Translations under genes and position numbers: made by a program
Part shown: positions 18,756 through 28,113 of the stretch, in pieces
Position numbering within the stretch: the first letter of the stretch is position 1
Layout of the letters: every line of letters starts with the position of its first letter
Notes under the pieces: generated by a model
What the model was told of the DNA's origin: nothing
Seen by the model: only the letters and a program-made list of their open reading frames with translations
Databases searched by the model: none
DNA from: a bacterium
Lineage (GTDB): Bacteria > Chlamydiota > Chlamydiia > Chlamydiales > SM23-39
DNA length: 49,489 nucleotides
Assembly (NCBI GenBank): GCA_021809325.1
Contig: JAKBAE010000003.1
Span: forward strand, 1-49,489
Direction of reading: 5' to 3'

Positions 18756-20875
18756 CGTCTTTTTTGCGAGGCGATTTCCCAACTTGCATTTTGCCGGATT
18801 AGATCGACGGAGGCGAGCCGCACAGAGACTTGCGAGCCGATAGAAAAGGTGCGTCCCGTACGAGATCCGCGAAAAGAGAGGGTTTTGGGGTTGTATTCAA
18901 AGTAGTCGTTGCCTAGCTCTGAAACGTGTACGGAGCCTTCGAGTGCAAATTCACCTACTTCGAAGAAGATTGCAAACGGCTTAGTCTTTGTAATGGCGAC
19001 GGTGTAGCTCTTTGAGGGAGACATTTCGAGTGCGGCGGCTGCCAGGCGCAGTTTTTTGAGCAGTACGACCGAGTTTTCCGCGCGCATGGATAGGCGTTCT
19101 TTTTCTGAACAGGCAAGGGCGATAGCTGAAAGGTCGGCATCGTCTGCCACCTCATCGAAAAGAAGGCGTTGGATGACCAGGTCGGTATAGCGGCGGATCG
19201 GGCTGGTAAAGTGGCAGTAATGTTCAAGGGCCAATCCAAAGTGTCCGATGTTTTCCGGAGAGTAGAGGGCTTGTTTCATGCTTCGGATGAAGCTGACAGA
19301 GAGCTGCGGGGCTAACGGAGAGTCCTTCGCTTTTTCAAATAGCTGCTGCAGGTCGGCGGGGCTGGGTTTTGAGGGAAGAAAGAAGCCGAGTGCGCGGGCA
19401 TAAGAATAAAAATCTTCAAAAGCCTCATTTGATGGTTCTTCATGGACGCGAAAGATCTGCTCTTTTCCTAGGCCCGCCAGATGGATCGAGACGATCTCGT
19501 TCGCTTTGAGCATGAACTCTTCAATCATCTGATGAGTGATATCATAATCGACTTGGACGATCTTGACTGGGGCGCCCTTTTCATCAACGACTATTTTTCC
19601 ATCTGACATGGCAAAGTCGATGCTGCCCCGCTCGCGCCGCTTTTGCTTAAACAGTTTGCAGAGGGCGACCATCCGCTCTAAAAGGGGAAGATAAGGGCTC
19701 TTTTTTCGTTTTTCGAGCACTTCAAACGCCTCTTCATAGGTGAAGCGCTTGCGGCTTTTGATGCAGGAGCGGACGATTTGTGTGTCGATGAGACTGCCCG
19801 TTGGATCAAATTCGGAGAGTACAGAGATGGTGAGCCGTTTGACATTGGGCTTGAGGCTGCAAAGCTCAGTGGAAAGAGCTTCCGGCAGCATGGGAAGGCA
19901 GGTGCCGGGGAAGTAGGTGGAGTTGCATCTTGCAAAGGCCTCGGAATCGAGATGAGATCCTTTTTTCACATACCAGGCGGCGTCGGCAATATGAACGCCG
20001 AGGAAGAAATGGCCTTTTTCATCTTGAGTGAGCGAGATCGCATCGTCAAAATCTTTGGCGGTGTCGGGATCGATTGTAACGGTCTCGAGCTTGGTTAAAT
20101 CAAGTCGTCCTTTAGAAGAAATCCGTTTGCCATAAGCTTTTGCCTCTTCGATGGCTTCTTTGGAAAAATCGCTTTGCAGCTCAAACTCTTCGATCGCAGC
20201 GGAAACGTCGCAAGAAGGGTCGGAGATGTTTCCAATGCGAGTGACAAATTCGGCAGAGACGGCGCTTTCATTTGTATTCCAGTCGAGGACTTTGCAAATG
20301 ATCCTGTCGCCTACGTCCAGCTTGCATTTCCTGGAGGGTTTTACATAGACGGTTTTTTGGGGCCCGAGAAGCATGGCATGAGCCAGATAATGACTCTTTT
20401 CCTTTTCCAGGATGGTGCAGCCAAGGTGCGAGCGGCTTCTCTTGAGGATAGCGATGACACGCCCCTCTGGACCCTTTGGAGCTGAGCCTGTGATCTCGAT
20501 CTCTACCGTATCGCCGTTGACAGCATTTCCCATATACTGTTTGGGGATAAAGACGTCTTTATCTAACCCGCTCACGGAGACAAAACCGAAGCCCTTAACA
20601 GGATGGACGCTGATCGTTCCCGAAACGAGTTGGTTTTCTTCTTGCCGAAGCTGATAGCGCCCCCGGCTCAATGCGAGCTCGTCTTCTTTGACAAGGGAAT
20701 CTAGTGCTGAAAAAAAAGTTTGATGGACGCTTTCGGGGATCGAGAGCTGGTCAATCAGTTCTTCAACGGTGAGAGGGCTATATCTCTTGCCGCTGATGTA
20801 CTGGAGGATCGTTCGTGCTAAATTTCTTTTAAGACGCTCGGTTTTTTTCGAGGATGTTATTTTCTTTTTGGTCAT
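18752..20875 (-). CDS. rnr: Ribonuclease R (VacB)
   Basis: Cold-shock domain GFGFV, TIDPDTAKDFDDAIS, HIAD, HFTSPIRRYTDL, C-terminal S1 domain. Confidence 0.95.
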   Translation of the reverse strand: MTKKKITSSKKTERLKRNLARTILQYISGKRYSPLTVEELIDQLSIPESVHQTFFSALDSLVKEDELALSRGRYQLRQEENQLVSGTISVHPVKGFGFVSVSGLDKDVFIPKQYMGNAVNGDTVEIEITGSAPKGPEGRVIAILKRSRSHLGCTILEKEKSHYLAHAMLLGPQKTVYVKPSRKCKLDVGDRIICKVLDWNTNESAVSAEFVTRIGNISDPSCDVSAAIEEFELQSDFSKEAIEEAKAYGKRISSKGRLDLTKLETVTIDPDTAKDFDDAISLTQDEKGHFFLGVHIADAAWYVKKGSHLDSEAFARCNSTYFPGTCLPMLPEALSTELCSLKPNVKRLTISVLSEFDPTGSLIDTQIVRSCIKSRKRFTYEEAFEVLEKRKKSPYLPLLERMVALCKLFKQKRRERGSIDFAMSDGKIVVDEKGAPVKIVQVDYDITHQMIEEFMLKANEIVSIHLAGLGKEQIFRVHEEPSNEAFEDFYSYARALGFFLPSKPSPADLQQLFEKAKDSPLAPQLSVSFIRSMKQALYSPENIGHFGLALEHYCHFTSPIRRYTDLVIQRLLFDEVADDADLSAIALACSEKERLSMRAENSVVLLKKLRLAAAALEMSPSKSYTVAITKTKPFAIFFEVGEFALEGSVHVSELGNDYFEYNPKTLSFRGSRTGRTFSIGSQVSVRLASVDLIRQNASWEIASQKRR

Positions 20876-21132
20876 TTATTTCCTTACGCACTTATACCAG
20901 AAATCATGATATCTGAACAGGCCGACTTTAACATATAGTGCTTCCCCTTGAGAGGGACCCAAGAACATGAGCCGGATTGTGGGAAGATTGGCATGATGAC
21001 GAGATGATTCGACAGAATCCTGATGTGCCATTGCTTCCCGTTCCACCTCGCCGGCACTCAAAAAGGCTTTATTTTTAATATAGATTCGATTTATTAAAAA
21101 ATAGCCAGAAGTGAAAATTATGGAGTTTTAAA

Positions 21133-21873
21133 ATGCAATCATGTGTAGCTGTTATTACGATAGTTAAATCGGGGTCCAATTTGATCGGCCCGTTGATTTC
21201 TCAAATTTCAGGCAAATCAACCCAATATACCCCCCATCCAGAATTCTCTTTAAATATGATCGATGCCGGTTCCATTGCTATCGCTCATTTTTTTATTAAG
21301 GATTCTGTGGATTATATATTTTCAAAAAGCGAGTTCAATAAAATAGTAGTTAACATTAGAGATCCAAGGGACGTATTAGTTTCTGCAGCATATTACTACC
21401 TTAACCCTTATAGCTGTCTCGTTGATGAAAACATTAATAGTTACAACGTTGAAATGCACGAATCTTGTTATTCGAAAATTTCTATTCGCGATCGACTTAT
21501 GCTCTTCTTGCGTCCTCCTAGTAATTTTACTTCATTAGCTGTTTATGATATTAAAGCTGCCTCTAAATTTCTATTACAACACAGACATGACCTAGGCGAT
21601 CGTTATCTCGTCGTAAGATACGAAGACTTTATAAACAAGGATTCCAGAGCTTTGGACGCCTGTTGTACATTGGCAGATTTTTTGGGATATTCCTGTACAA
21701 GGCAATTTGCAGATGAATGTCTTGAAACCATCGTTGGGAGTTCTTTGACTTTTAGAGAGGGGAAATCCGGCTCATGGAAGAAGTTCTTCGATGAAGAAAT
21801 CAAAGCTCTTTGCAAAGAAGTTCTCGGAGATGAACTGATCGATTTGGGATATGAGTTGGATCTCAATTGGTAA
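21133..21873 (+). CDS. Sulfotransferase-domain protein (PAPS-dependent)
   Basis: 5'-PSB-like KSGSNLI, 3'-PB RDPRDVLVS, RYED, C-terminal FREGKSGSWK. Visibly AT-rich. Confidence 0.8.
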   Translation: MQSCVAVITIVKSGSNLIGPLISQISGKSTQYTPHPEFSLNMIDAGSIAIAHFFIKDSVDYIFSKSEFNKIVVNIRDPRDVLVSAAYYYLNPYSCLVDENINSYNVEMHESCYSKISIRDRLMLFLRPPSNFTSLAVYDIKAASKFLLQHRHDLGDRYLVVRYEDFINKDSRALDACCTLADFLGYSCTRQFADECLETIVGSSLTFREGKSGSWKKFFDEEIKALCKEVLGDELIDLGYELDLNW

Positions 21874-22001
21874 AAACATCATCATGCAGATCTTGTTAAA
21901 AAGTCAGTGGTTTCGGACTTTGCAGATGTCCTGGGTGCTTTCTGTCGTTGTTTTTCATGGCTTATGTATGGTATGCTCAATCCCTTTATTTTGAGGCGGC
22001 T

Positions 22002-22781
22002 ATGTCAATTAATTCTTCTCTTGTTCAAGGTCTTGTTGCCGGAGGCGCGGCTGTTTACCTGGAAAATCGACTTCGACAAGAAGCTGCGGAAATGGATGCC
22101 GGCTCTTGGTCGACGGTTGCTCTCCAAGTCAATCATCTCCTTCTCTTAACGGCAGAAACGCTCCTTTTCGCCGGTTGTCGGATGTGCGCATTCAAAACCT
22201 TTGTGCAGACAGCCTATGTCTTGACGCCTCTTTCACTGATTGCTCCTCTAATGGGCTTAGTTGAGCCAAACTTAGGGGTTTCCCCTGAACGGGCAGAGAC
22301 TTGGAATCAAGTCTATCGACTTGGGGTTTTTACTATTGCGATGTACGCTTGGGCCTTGGGGGATCCTCTTTTTGCTGCCGGCTCGTTTTCGATGTTGGTT
22401 ATCGATGGTGTGGCCTCAGGGATGGCGCATCAAGCGTTTGTCCATCTTACCAAGATTCCGGCCTTTTTTGCTTTGATTGGGTATGGATCTCAAGTTTTCC
22501 GCTCTTGCCTTTCTTGTAAGACGCCGGAATTCCTGAAGGTTACTGCCGCAGTCAGCACGATCTTTATGGGGCTAAAGCTCTGTTTGATTGATCCCGTGGT
22601 TTCATTGTGCAAAATGCTTCCCGAAAGTAGCTCTAGAGAACGGGAATCTTCCTATGGCTATCCGGCGTATGGGGGATATCATCACTACCATCACTATTCC
22701 TATGAGGGGCTTCATTCACCCTCATTCAGCTCTTCCGGTTCATGGGGAGGGTCGAATTTTTGCCGGCCATCCGTTTGGTAA
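22002..22781 (+). CDS. Hypothetical membrane protein with G/Y/H/S-rich tail
   Basis: Several hydrophobic segments and a low-complexity C-terminus. Start re-called at ATG 22002 after gaggcgg. Confidence 0.6.
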   Translation: MSINSSLVQGLVAGGAAVYLENRLRQEAAEMDAGSWSTVALQVNHLLLLTAETLLFAGCRMCAFKTFVQTAYVLTPLSLIAPLMGLVEPNLGVSPERAETWNQVYRLGVFTIAMYAWALGDPLFAAGSFSMLVIDGVASGMAHQAFVHLTKIPAFFALIGYGSQVFRSCLSCKTPEFLKVTAAVSTIFMGLKLCLIDPVVSLCKMLPESSSRERESSYGYPAYGGYHHYHHYSYEGLHSPSFSSSGSWGGSNFCRPSVW

Positions 22782-22788
22782 AAATTCC

Positions 22789-23589
22789 TCAGTAGTTGAA
22801 TTCCGTATCTTCAGTGCGGCAAAATCGTTTGCCCCGGTCCAGTTGGTTGAGCGCATGCATTTCATCTTCTGTGAGCGCAAAGTCGAAGATGGCAAAATTC
22901 TCGCTCAAATGCTGCCTGCTCGATCCCTTGGGGATAACGTTGAGGCCTCGCTGGATAACCCAGCGCAAGGCGACTTGAGCTCCTGATTTCCCGTGCTTAG
23001 ACCCAATTTGATTGAATAGGGGCTCTTCCGAAAGGAGCTTTCCCTTGCCAAAGGGACGGTAGGCGATCACATCGATCTTGTGGGCTTGGCAGTAGCGGAC
23101 CAGCTCTTCTTGAGCGAGATAGGGGTGGATCTCTACCTGGTTAGCAAAAGGGGTTAAGCCTGCTTTTTGCATGTCTTGCAGATGGTGGATGGTGTAGTTG
23201 CTCACCCCGGCTTTTCTGATTTTGCCTTGTCCGGAGAGCTTTTGCATCGACATGAAGATCTCTTCCAAAGGAAAGGTTCGGTCGGGGGCGTGGATCAGGT
23301 AAAGATCCAAATAGTCGGACTCTAGCTCCTTAAGCGCTCGATCGCACGCCATTTGGACAGACTCTTCAATTTTGTTGGGGTTGACTTCATCTTCAAGTGC
23401 GATCTTTGAGGTCAGATAAACAGAGCTTCGATCTACCCCTTTGAGCGCCTTTGCAATCGCAGAGTGGTTTTCATACATGTGGGCCGTATCGATATGCCGA
23501 TAGCCAATGGCCAAAGCTTCCTGTACGATTTTAGTGCACGCGTCGCCTTGCAGCTCCCACGTCCCGATTCCGATTTTCGGCAATTGCAT
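22789..23589 (-). CDS. Aldo/keto reductase (2,5-DKG reductase-like)
   Basis: GIGTW, GYRHIDTAHMYEN, DYLDLYLIH, GVSNY, NQVEIHP, VIPK. Confidence 0.92.
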   Translation of the reverse strand: MQLPKIGIGTWELQGDACTKIVQEALAIGYRHIDTAHMYENHSAIAKALKGVDRSSVYLTSKIALEDEVNPNKIEESVQMACDRALKELESDYLDLYLIHAPDRTFPLEEIFMSMQKLSGQGKIRKAGVSNYTIHHLQDMQKAGLTPFANQVEIHPYLAQEELVRYCQAHKIDVIAYRPFGKGKLLSEEPLFNQIGSKHGKSGAQVALRWVIQRGLNVIPKGSSRQHLSENFAIFDFALTEDEMHALNQLDRGKRFCRTEDTEFNY

Positions 23590-23600
23590 TGCTTTTCTCC

Positions 23601-24197
23601 TTATAAAAAGCCGCGCTCTTCTAGGTGGCGTTTAAGAAGAGGCGGCTCGGTGTAGAGTTCTGCATCGAGGCCAACGCTCCTGGCAGCTTTTACATAAGCC
23701 GGCACGTCGTCGGTATAAAATGAAGATCCCCTTGCTTCTTGCAAGGCCCTTTGAAAGATAGCCGGGTCGGGTTTGCAAGCCCCGACTTGGTAAGAGAGGA
23801 TGAATGCGTCGAAGAGTTTTAAGATCGGGTAGTGGGAGTAGGCGAAGTTGAAGTGGCATTCATTGGTATTGGAAAGAAGTACGAGCCGGTTACTTTTCTT
23901 CTTGAGCGCTTTGACTAGGCTCCAGAGCTCTTTATTCGGAGTAAAAATGTCGGAGGCGGCTTGCATTGCTTCCAAAAGGGAAAAAGAACGGGAGCTGTGC
24001 GATTGCAGGATGCGGTAGATTTGCTCCGTTGGGAGCCGGCCCGATTCGTAGTCGTTAAAAACCCCTCTATTTAAAAATTGCTGCTGCAAGAGCTCAGTTG
24101 GGATTTTTGTTAGATCGGAGAGCTGCTGGAACATTTTTTGGTGGCTGAAAAAGAGGAGGACGTTTCCCAGATCGAAAAAGACAGTCCCTTCTTTCAT
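23601..24197 (-). CDS. HAD-superfamily phosphatase (YihX-like)
   Basis: FDLGNVL, LSNTN, KPDPAIF, DD motif. Start re-called at ATG 24197 (overlaps folD stop). Confidence 0.85.
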   Translation of the reverse strand: MKEGTVFFDLGNVLLFFSHQKMFQQLSDLTKIPTELLQQQFLNRGVFNDYESGRLPTEQIYRILQSHSSRSFSLLEAMQAASDIFTPNKELWSLVKALKKKSNRLVLLSNTNECHFNFAYSHYPILKLFDAFILSYQVGACKPDPAIFQRALQEARGSSFYTDDVPAYVKAARSVGLDAELYTEPPLLKRHLEERGFL

Positions 24198-25051
24198 CCC
24201 CGCCTCATTGCGCCATCTACCGTATTCTGCAAGAGCATCGCGATTGTCATCGGGCCGACGCCGCCGGGGACAGGAGTGATCCAAGAGGCGATAGGGGCAA
24301 CCGCTTCAAAATCGACATCTCCGACAAGGCGCGGCTGCCCGTTTGCATCTTGGATCCGGTTGATCCCTACATCGATCACTGCACAGCCCGGCCGCACCAT
24401 CTCCTTTCGGATGAAGCGGGGCTGGCCGATTGCAGCAACGAGGACATCCGCGCTCTTCGTAATCTCGGCGAGGTGCTCAGACTGGCTGTGGGCGATTGTG
24501 ACGGTCGCATTCGCTCCCCTTTTTTTCTGGACGAGAAGCGCTGCAAGCGGTTTTCCGACGATATTGCTCCGCCCGACGATGACGACGTGCTTTCCTTCGA
24601 TCGGTACCGTTTTTTCGAGGAGAAGCTGCACGCCGCGCGGGGTGCAGGGAGGAAAGCCGCCCTCTTCTCCAAGGAGCACTTTGCCGAGGTTGATCGGGTG
24701 GAAGCCGTCGACGTCTTTTTCGGGGATAATCGAGCGTGTGACTGCCAAGGTATCGAGATGGGAGGGGAGGGGGAGCTGAACGAGGATCCCATCGATTTGA
24801 GCGTCTTCGTTTAAGGCGTCAATCGAGCGAAGCAAGACGTCTTGGTTTGTATCGGCTGCAAACTCTTGCACGATGGAGTGGAGGCCGACTTGCGCGCAGG
24901 CCTTTTTTTTCATCCGGACGTAAGCAAGCGAGGCGGCGTTATCGCCGACGAGGAGGAAGGCAAGGCCAATTTTGCGGTGAAATTTTTCTACTCGAACCGA
25001 GAGCGAGTCTAGGATCTCCGATGCGATTTTTTTTCCGTCGATTAGATTCAT
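24194..25051 (-). CDS. folD: Bifunctional methylene-THF dehydrogenase/cyclohydrolase
   Basis: DGILVQLPLP, KDVDGFHP, PCTP, GRSNIVGKP, TPVPGGVGPMT. Confidence 0.96.
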   Translation of the reverse strand: MNLIDGKKIASEILDSLSVRVEKFHRKIGLAFLLVGDNAASLAYVRMKKKACAQVGLHSIVQEFAADTNQDVLLRSIDALNEDAQIDGILVQLPLPSHLDTLAVTRSIIPEKDVDGFHPINLGKVLLGEEGGFPPCTPRGVQLLLEKTVPIEGKHVVIVGRSNIVGKPLAALLVQKKRGANATVTIAHSQSEHLAEITKSADVLVAAIGQPRFIRKEMVRPGCAVIDVGINRIQDANGQPRLVGDVDFEAVAPIASWITPVPGGVGPMTIAMLLQNTVDGAMRRG

Positions 25052-25842
25052 CTTCTTTGGAGGACCTTAGCAAGTGCGTTATGCAGATGTCCGTTTGAAG
25101 CAAGCACCGAGCCATAAGAAAATGGATCGAGCTTCTCTCCATCCCAAGAGGTGATTTTTCCGCCGGCTTCCTCGACGATCAGCACGCCTGCCGCACAGTC
25201 CCAGGGCGCTAGAGAGATCTCGAAAAAACCGTCAAAGCGTCCGGATGCGACATAGCAAAGATCGATCGCTGCAGAGCCGAGGCGACGGATCGGCAGCCCC
25301 AATTGCAAGATGTCGGTGAAATGGCCAATGCAATCTCCGGGGTTCTCGGCGAGATTGTAAGGAAGGCCTGTGGCGAGGATCCCTTTTTTCAGCTCATCTG
25401 TTTTCGAAACCCGGATCGGGATGCCGTTGAGGGTAGCCCCGCCATTTTTTTGCGCGACGAAGAGTTCATGGGTAATAGGCTGGTATACAACGCCGGAGAG
25501 GATTTCATTGTTTTGCATGGCTGCGATGCTGACGGAAAAGATTGGGATGCCATGGGCAAAGTTTACGGTGCCGTCAAGCGGATCGATGATCCATTGCAAA
25601 GAAGAGGAAGATGTGTTTTTGCCGCCGCTCTCTTCGGCCAAAAATTCCGACGAGGGGAATTCGCTTCGCAAAAATGAGATGATCTGCTCTTCAGCGCGGT
25701 GGTCGTATTCGGTCACAAGGTTGTGGAGGCCTGATTTGGAGGACACGGCAAAACTGCCGCCGAAGCCTTGTCGAAGGAGTTCTCCGGCTGCAAGGGCAGC
25801 CTCTATTCCAAATAGGGTAATAGGAGTGAGTTGGTTATCCAT
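25048..25842 (-). CDS. suhB: Inositol monophosphatase family protein
   Basis: LVTEYD, LAEE, WIIDPLDGTVNFAHG, RRLGSAA, WDCAAG. Confidence 0.9.
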   Translation of the reverse strand: MDNQLTPITLFGIEAALAAGELLRQGFGGSFAVSSKSGLHNLVTEYDHRAEEQIISFLRSEFPSSEFLAEESGGKNTSSSSLQWIIDPLDGTVNFAHGIPIFSVSIAAMQNNEILSGVVYQPITHELFVAQKNGGATLNGIPIRVSKTDELKKGILATGLPYNLAENPGDCIGHFTDILQLGLPIRRLGSAAIDLCYVASGRFDGFFEISLAPWDCAAGVLIVEEAGGKITSWDGEKLDPFSYGSVLASNGHLHNALAKVLQRR

Positions 25843-26350
25843 TGCACCTCAGACGCCGCTTTTTTAATAGCCTCTTTGTCCACTCAAAAAAGAGAAGAGG
25901 CCCTACAAACCAGAAAAACGCATAAGCCGCATCGATAAGCGGCATCGTCACAAAATCGAGAAACGACCATTCTCCGTTAAAGGGCGCTCTCCTGTCAAAA
26001 AGAAAAAGGGTAATGATCAGCGAAGGGGTGAAGATCGCCGAGTAGATCGCCGTAAGGAGGCAGAGCTGCAAAGCTTCCCCCTGAAAAAAAAGGGAGCGGA
26101 AGCGGTAGCTTAAAGCAAGAGAGGCTGTCATCGCAATCGTGTGGATCCCAAAAGGATCTGCTGAAAAGAGGTCCATCAAGAGACCCGCAAAAGTAGAAGC
26201 CCAGAGCGCCCCGGGTAAAGAGCATCTTAAGCAGGCGAGGGCGGCAAATGGGGCAAAGCTCAAGATCGCAATCCAAGGAAAAAGGGCAGTTTGAAAGACG
26301 GACATTGAAGCAAAAAGAAGAAAGCCGATCCAAAGGACAGGATCTAACAT
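25835..26350 (-). CDS. Small multi-TM protein, MreD-like
   Basis: 171 aa with about 5 TMs and an AGLLMDLF...FGI motif typical of MreD. Confidence 0.55.
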   Translation of the reverse strand: MLDPVLWIGFLLFASMSVFQTALFPWIAILSFAPFAALACLRCSLPGALWASTFAGLLMDLFSADPFGIHTIAMTASLALSYRFRSLFFQGEALQLCLLTAIYSAIFTPSLIITLFLFDRRAPFNGEWSFLDFVTMPLIDAAYAFFWFVGPLLFFEWTKRLLKKRRLRCNG

Positions 26351-27384
26351 AGGGCCTGTCCGGCGCCAAATCGCTGGAGGGTGCTCTGTAAAATCGGCGC
26401 ATGATCAGAGAGGAGCTGATGCCACTTCCAAGCAGAGTCGATCAGCACGCTTAGCTCTGACGAGAGCGGCTCCCAGCCTAAGAGCTCTTTCGCTCTTCTC
26501 GCCGAAGCGATGAGCGCAGCGGGCTCTCCGGCGCGCCTTTGGTCGAGTCGGACCGAGATCGATTTGCCGCAGTATTTTTGCACTGCTTCGATGATTTCCA
26601 GGACGCTGTAGCCGCGCTCGGTCCCGAGATTGAGGGCAAAGCTCTTCTCTCCGGAGAGAAGGGCTTTTAAAGCAAGAACATGAGCTTGGGCCAGATCGCA
26701 AACATGGATGTAGTCGCGCACCGCGCTGCCGTCTGAGGTTGGGAAATCGGTGCCGTAGACCACGATCTCCTTTTTCGGATCGAGCGCCGCCTGGATGATC
26801 GTCGGGATTAAGTGGGTCTCCGGATTGTGGTTCTCTCCGATTTCCGTTTTTAGATCGGCGCCCGCGGCGTTGAAGTAGCGCAGCTTGGCGGAAGAAATAC
26901 CGTGGATTGCCTCAAAGTCGCTTAAGATCTGCTCGACGAGCCATTTTGATCTTCCATACGGATTGATGGGGACTTGCGGCTGATCTTCGGTAACGGGGAT
27001 GCGAAAAGGAGTTCCATAGGTCGCACAGGTGCTGGAAAAGACAAAATGGCGGATCCCGGTTTGCGCCATCGCTTCTAAAAGGGCGATGCTGCTCGAGACG
27101 TTATTGCGGTAATATTTCCCGGGGTCTTGCATCGATTCGACGACAAGGGCGCTTGCGGCGAAATGCATGACGGCCTTCGGGCGATACAGCTTGATGGCCT
27201 CTTCGAGTTTGACACGGTCGTTCAAGTCCGCCTCGACGAATGGCCCCCACTTGACTGCATAAGCATGGCCGGTAGAGAGATTGTCGTAGACGATCGGCAA
27301 AAATCCCTCTTGCGCTAAGGCCTTGCACACATGGCTGCCGATGTATCCGGCGCCTCCGGTAACGAGGATGGGTTCGGGCATCAA
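26344..27384 (-). CDS. galE: UDP-glucose 4-epimerase
   Basis: VTGGAGYIGSH, HFAA, FSST, PYGRSK, LRYFNAAGA, RDYIHV. Confidence 0.95.
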   Translation of the reverse strand: MMPEPILVTGGAGYIGSHVCKALAQEGFLPIVYDNLSTGHAYAVKWGPFVEADLNDRVKLEEAIKLYRPKAVMHFAASALVVESMQDPGKYYRNNVSSSIALLEAMAQTGIRHFVFSSTCATYGTPFRIPVTEDQPQVPINPYGRSKWLVEQILSDFEAIHGISSAKLRYFNAAGADLKTEIGENHNPETHLIPTIIQAALDPKKEIVVYGTDFPTSDGSAVRDYIHVCDLAQAHVLALKALLSGEKSFALNLGTERGYSVLEIIEAVQKYCGKSISVRLDQRRAGEPAALIASARRAKELLGWEPLSSELSVLIDSAWKWHQLLSDHAPILQSTLQRFGAGQALC

Positions 27385-28073
27385 TAAGCTCCTTTGGAAA
27401 AAAGCATGACCGGAATTGTTTTTACGATGAGGCGCAAATCTTGAAGAAAAGTTCTGTTTTGCGCGTACTCTTCTTCTAGGCGGATGCGCTCTTTAAAGGG
27501 GATCTCGCTTCGCCCCGATGTTTGCCAGACGCCGGTGAGCCCCGGACGGACGGACAGGATCTTATCCGTCTTTGAGCCGTACAGTTTTCGGATCTCATGA
27601 GCGTAGGCATCGGGAGGTCCGATGAGAGTTGGCGGACGAGGCCCCACTACGCTGAGATCGCCTTTAAGCACATTCCAAAACTGAGGCCATTCATCGAGAG
27701 AGGTCTTGCGGAGAAAATGGCCGATCGGAGTAATGCGGGGATCGTTTTTTAGCTTCTGGAATTTTTTCCACTCCAGGCTCAGCTCGCGATTTTTTGCAAG
27801 CATCTCTTTGAGCCTTTCATCCGCATCGCTGTACATGCTGCGGAATTTCCAGCAATGGATTACTTTTCCTCCGCGGCCAAGCCGTACGCTCTTATAAAAG
27901 GCAGGGCCTTTCGAGGTGAGGCGAACGAGGAGGGTCAATGCAAAAATCAGCGGGGACGTGAAAACAAGAAGTAGAAAACTGAAAACGACATCAAAGATCC
28001 TTTTCAAGGGATCGTGGCGGATCGTGAAGTGGGGCTTTTGCCTAACCCATTTGGAGTATGCTGCTGTCCGCAT
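27381..28073 (-). CDS. Bacterial sugar transferase (polyprenyl-phosphate hexose-1-P transferase C-terminal domain, WcaJ/WbaP-like)
   Basis: KRIFD, KFRSM, DPRITPIGHFLRKTSLDEWPQFWNVLKGDLSVVGPRP, PGLTG. Start re-called at ATG 28073; the longer track ORF overlaps ispA. Confidence 0.9.
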   Translation of the reverse strand: MRTAAYSKWVRQKPHFTIRHDPLKRIFDVVFSFLLLVFTSPLIFALTLLVRLTSKGPAFYKSVRLGRGGKVIHCWKFRSMYSDADERLKEMLAKNRELSLEWKKFQKLKNDPRITPIGHFLRKTSLDEWPQFWNVLKGDLSVVGPRPPTLIGPPDAYAHEIRKLYGSKTDKILSVRPGLTGVWQTSGRSEIPFKERIRLEEEYAQNRTFLQDLRLIVKTIPVMLFSKGAY

Positions 28074-28113
28074 GACTTCTATTAAAAAAGATTTAGGGAC
28101 TTCTTGCAAGGAT

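Noticed and set aside
20876-21061. 61-aa ORF abutting the rnr start
   Set aside because: TTG start, no RBS and no recognisable motif. The region is better explained as a hairpin-containing leader.
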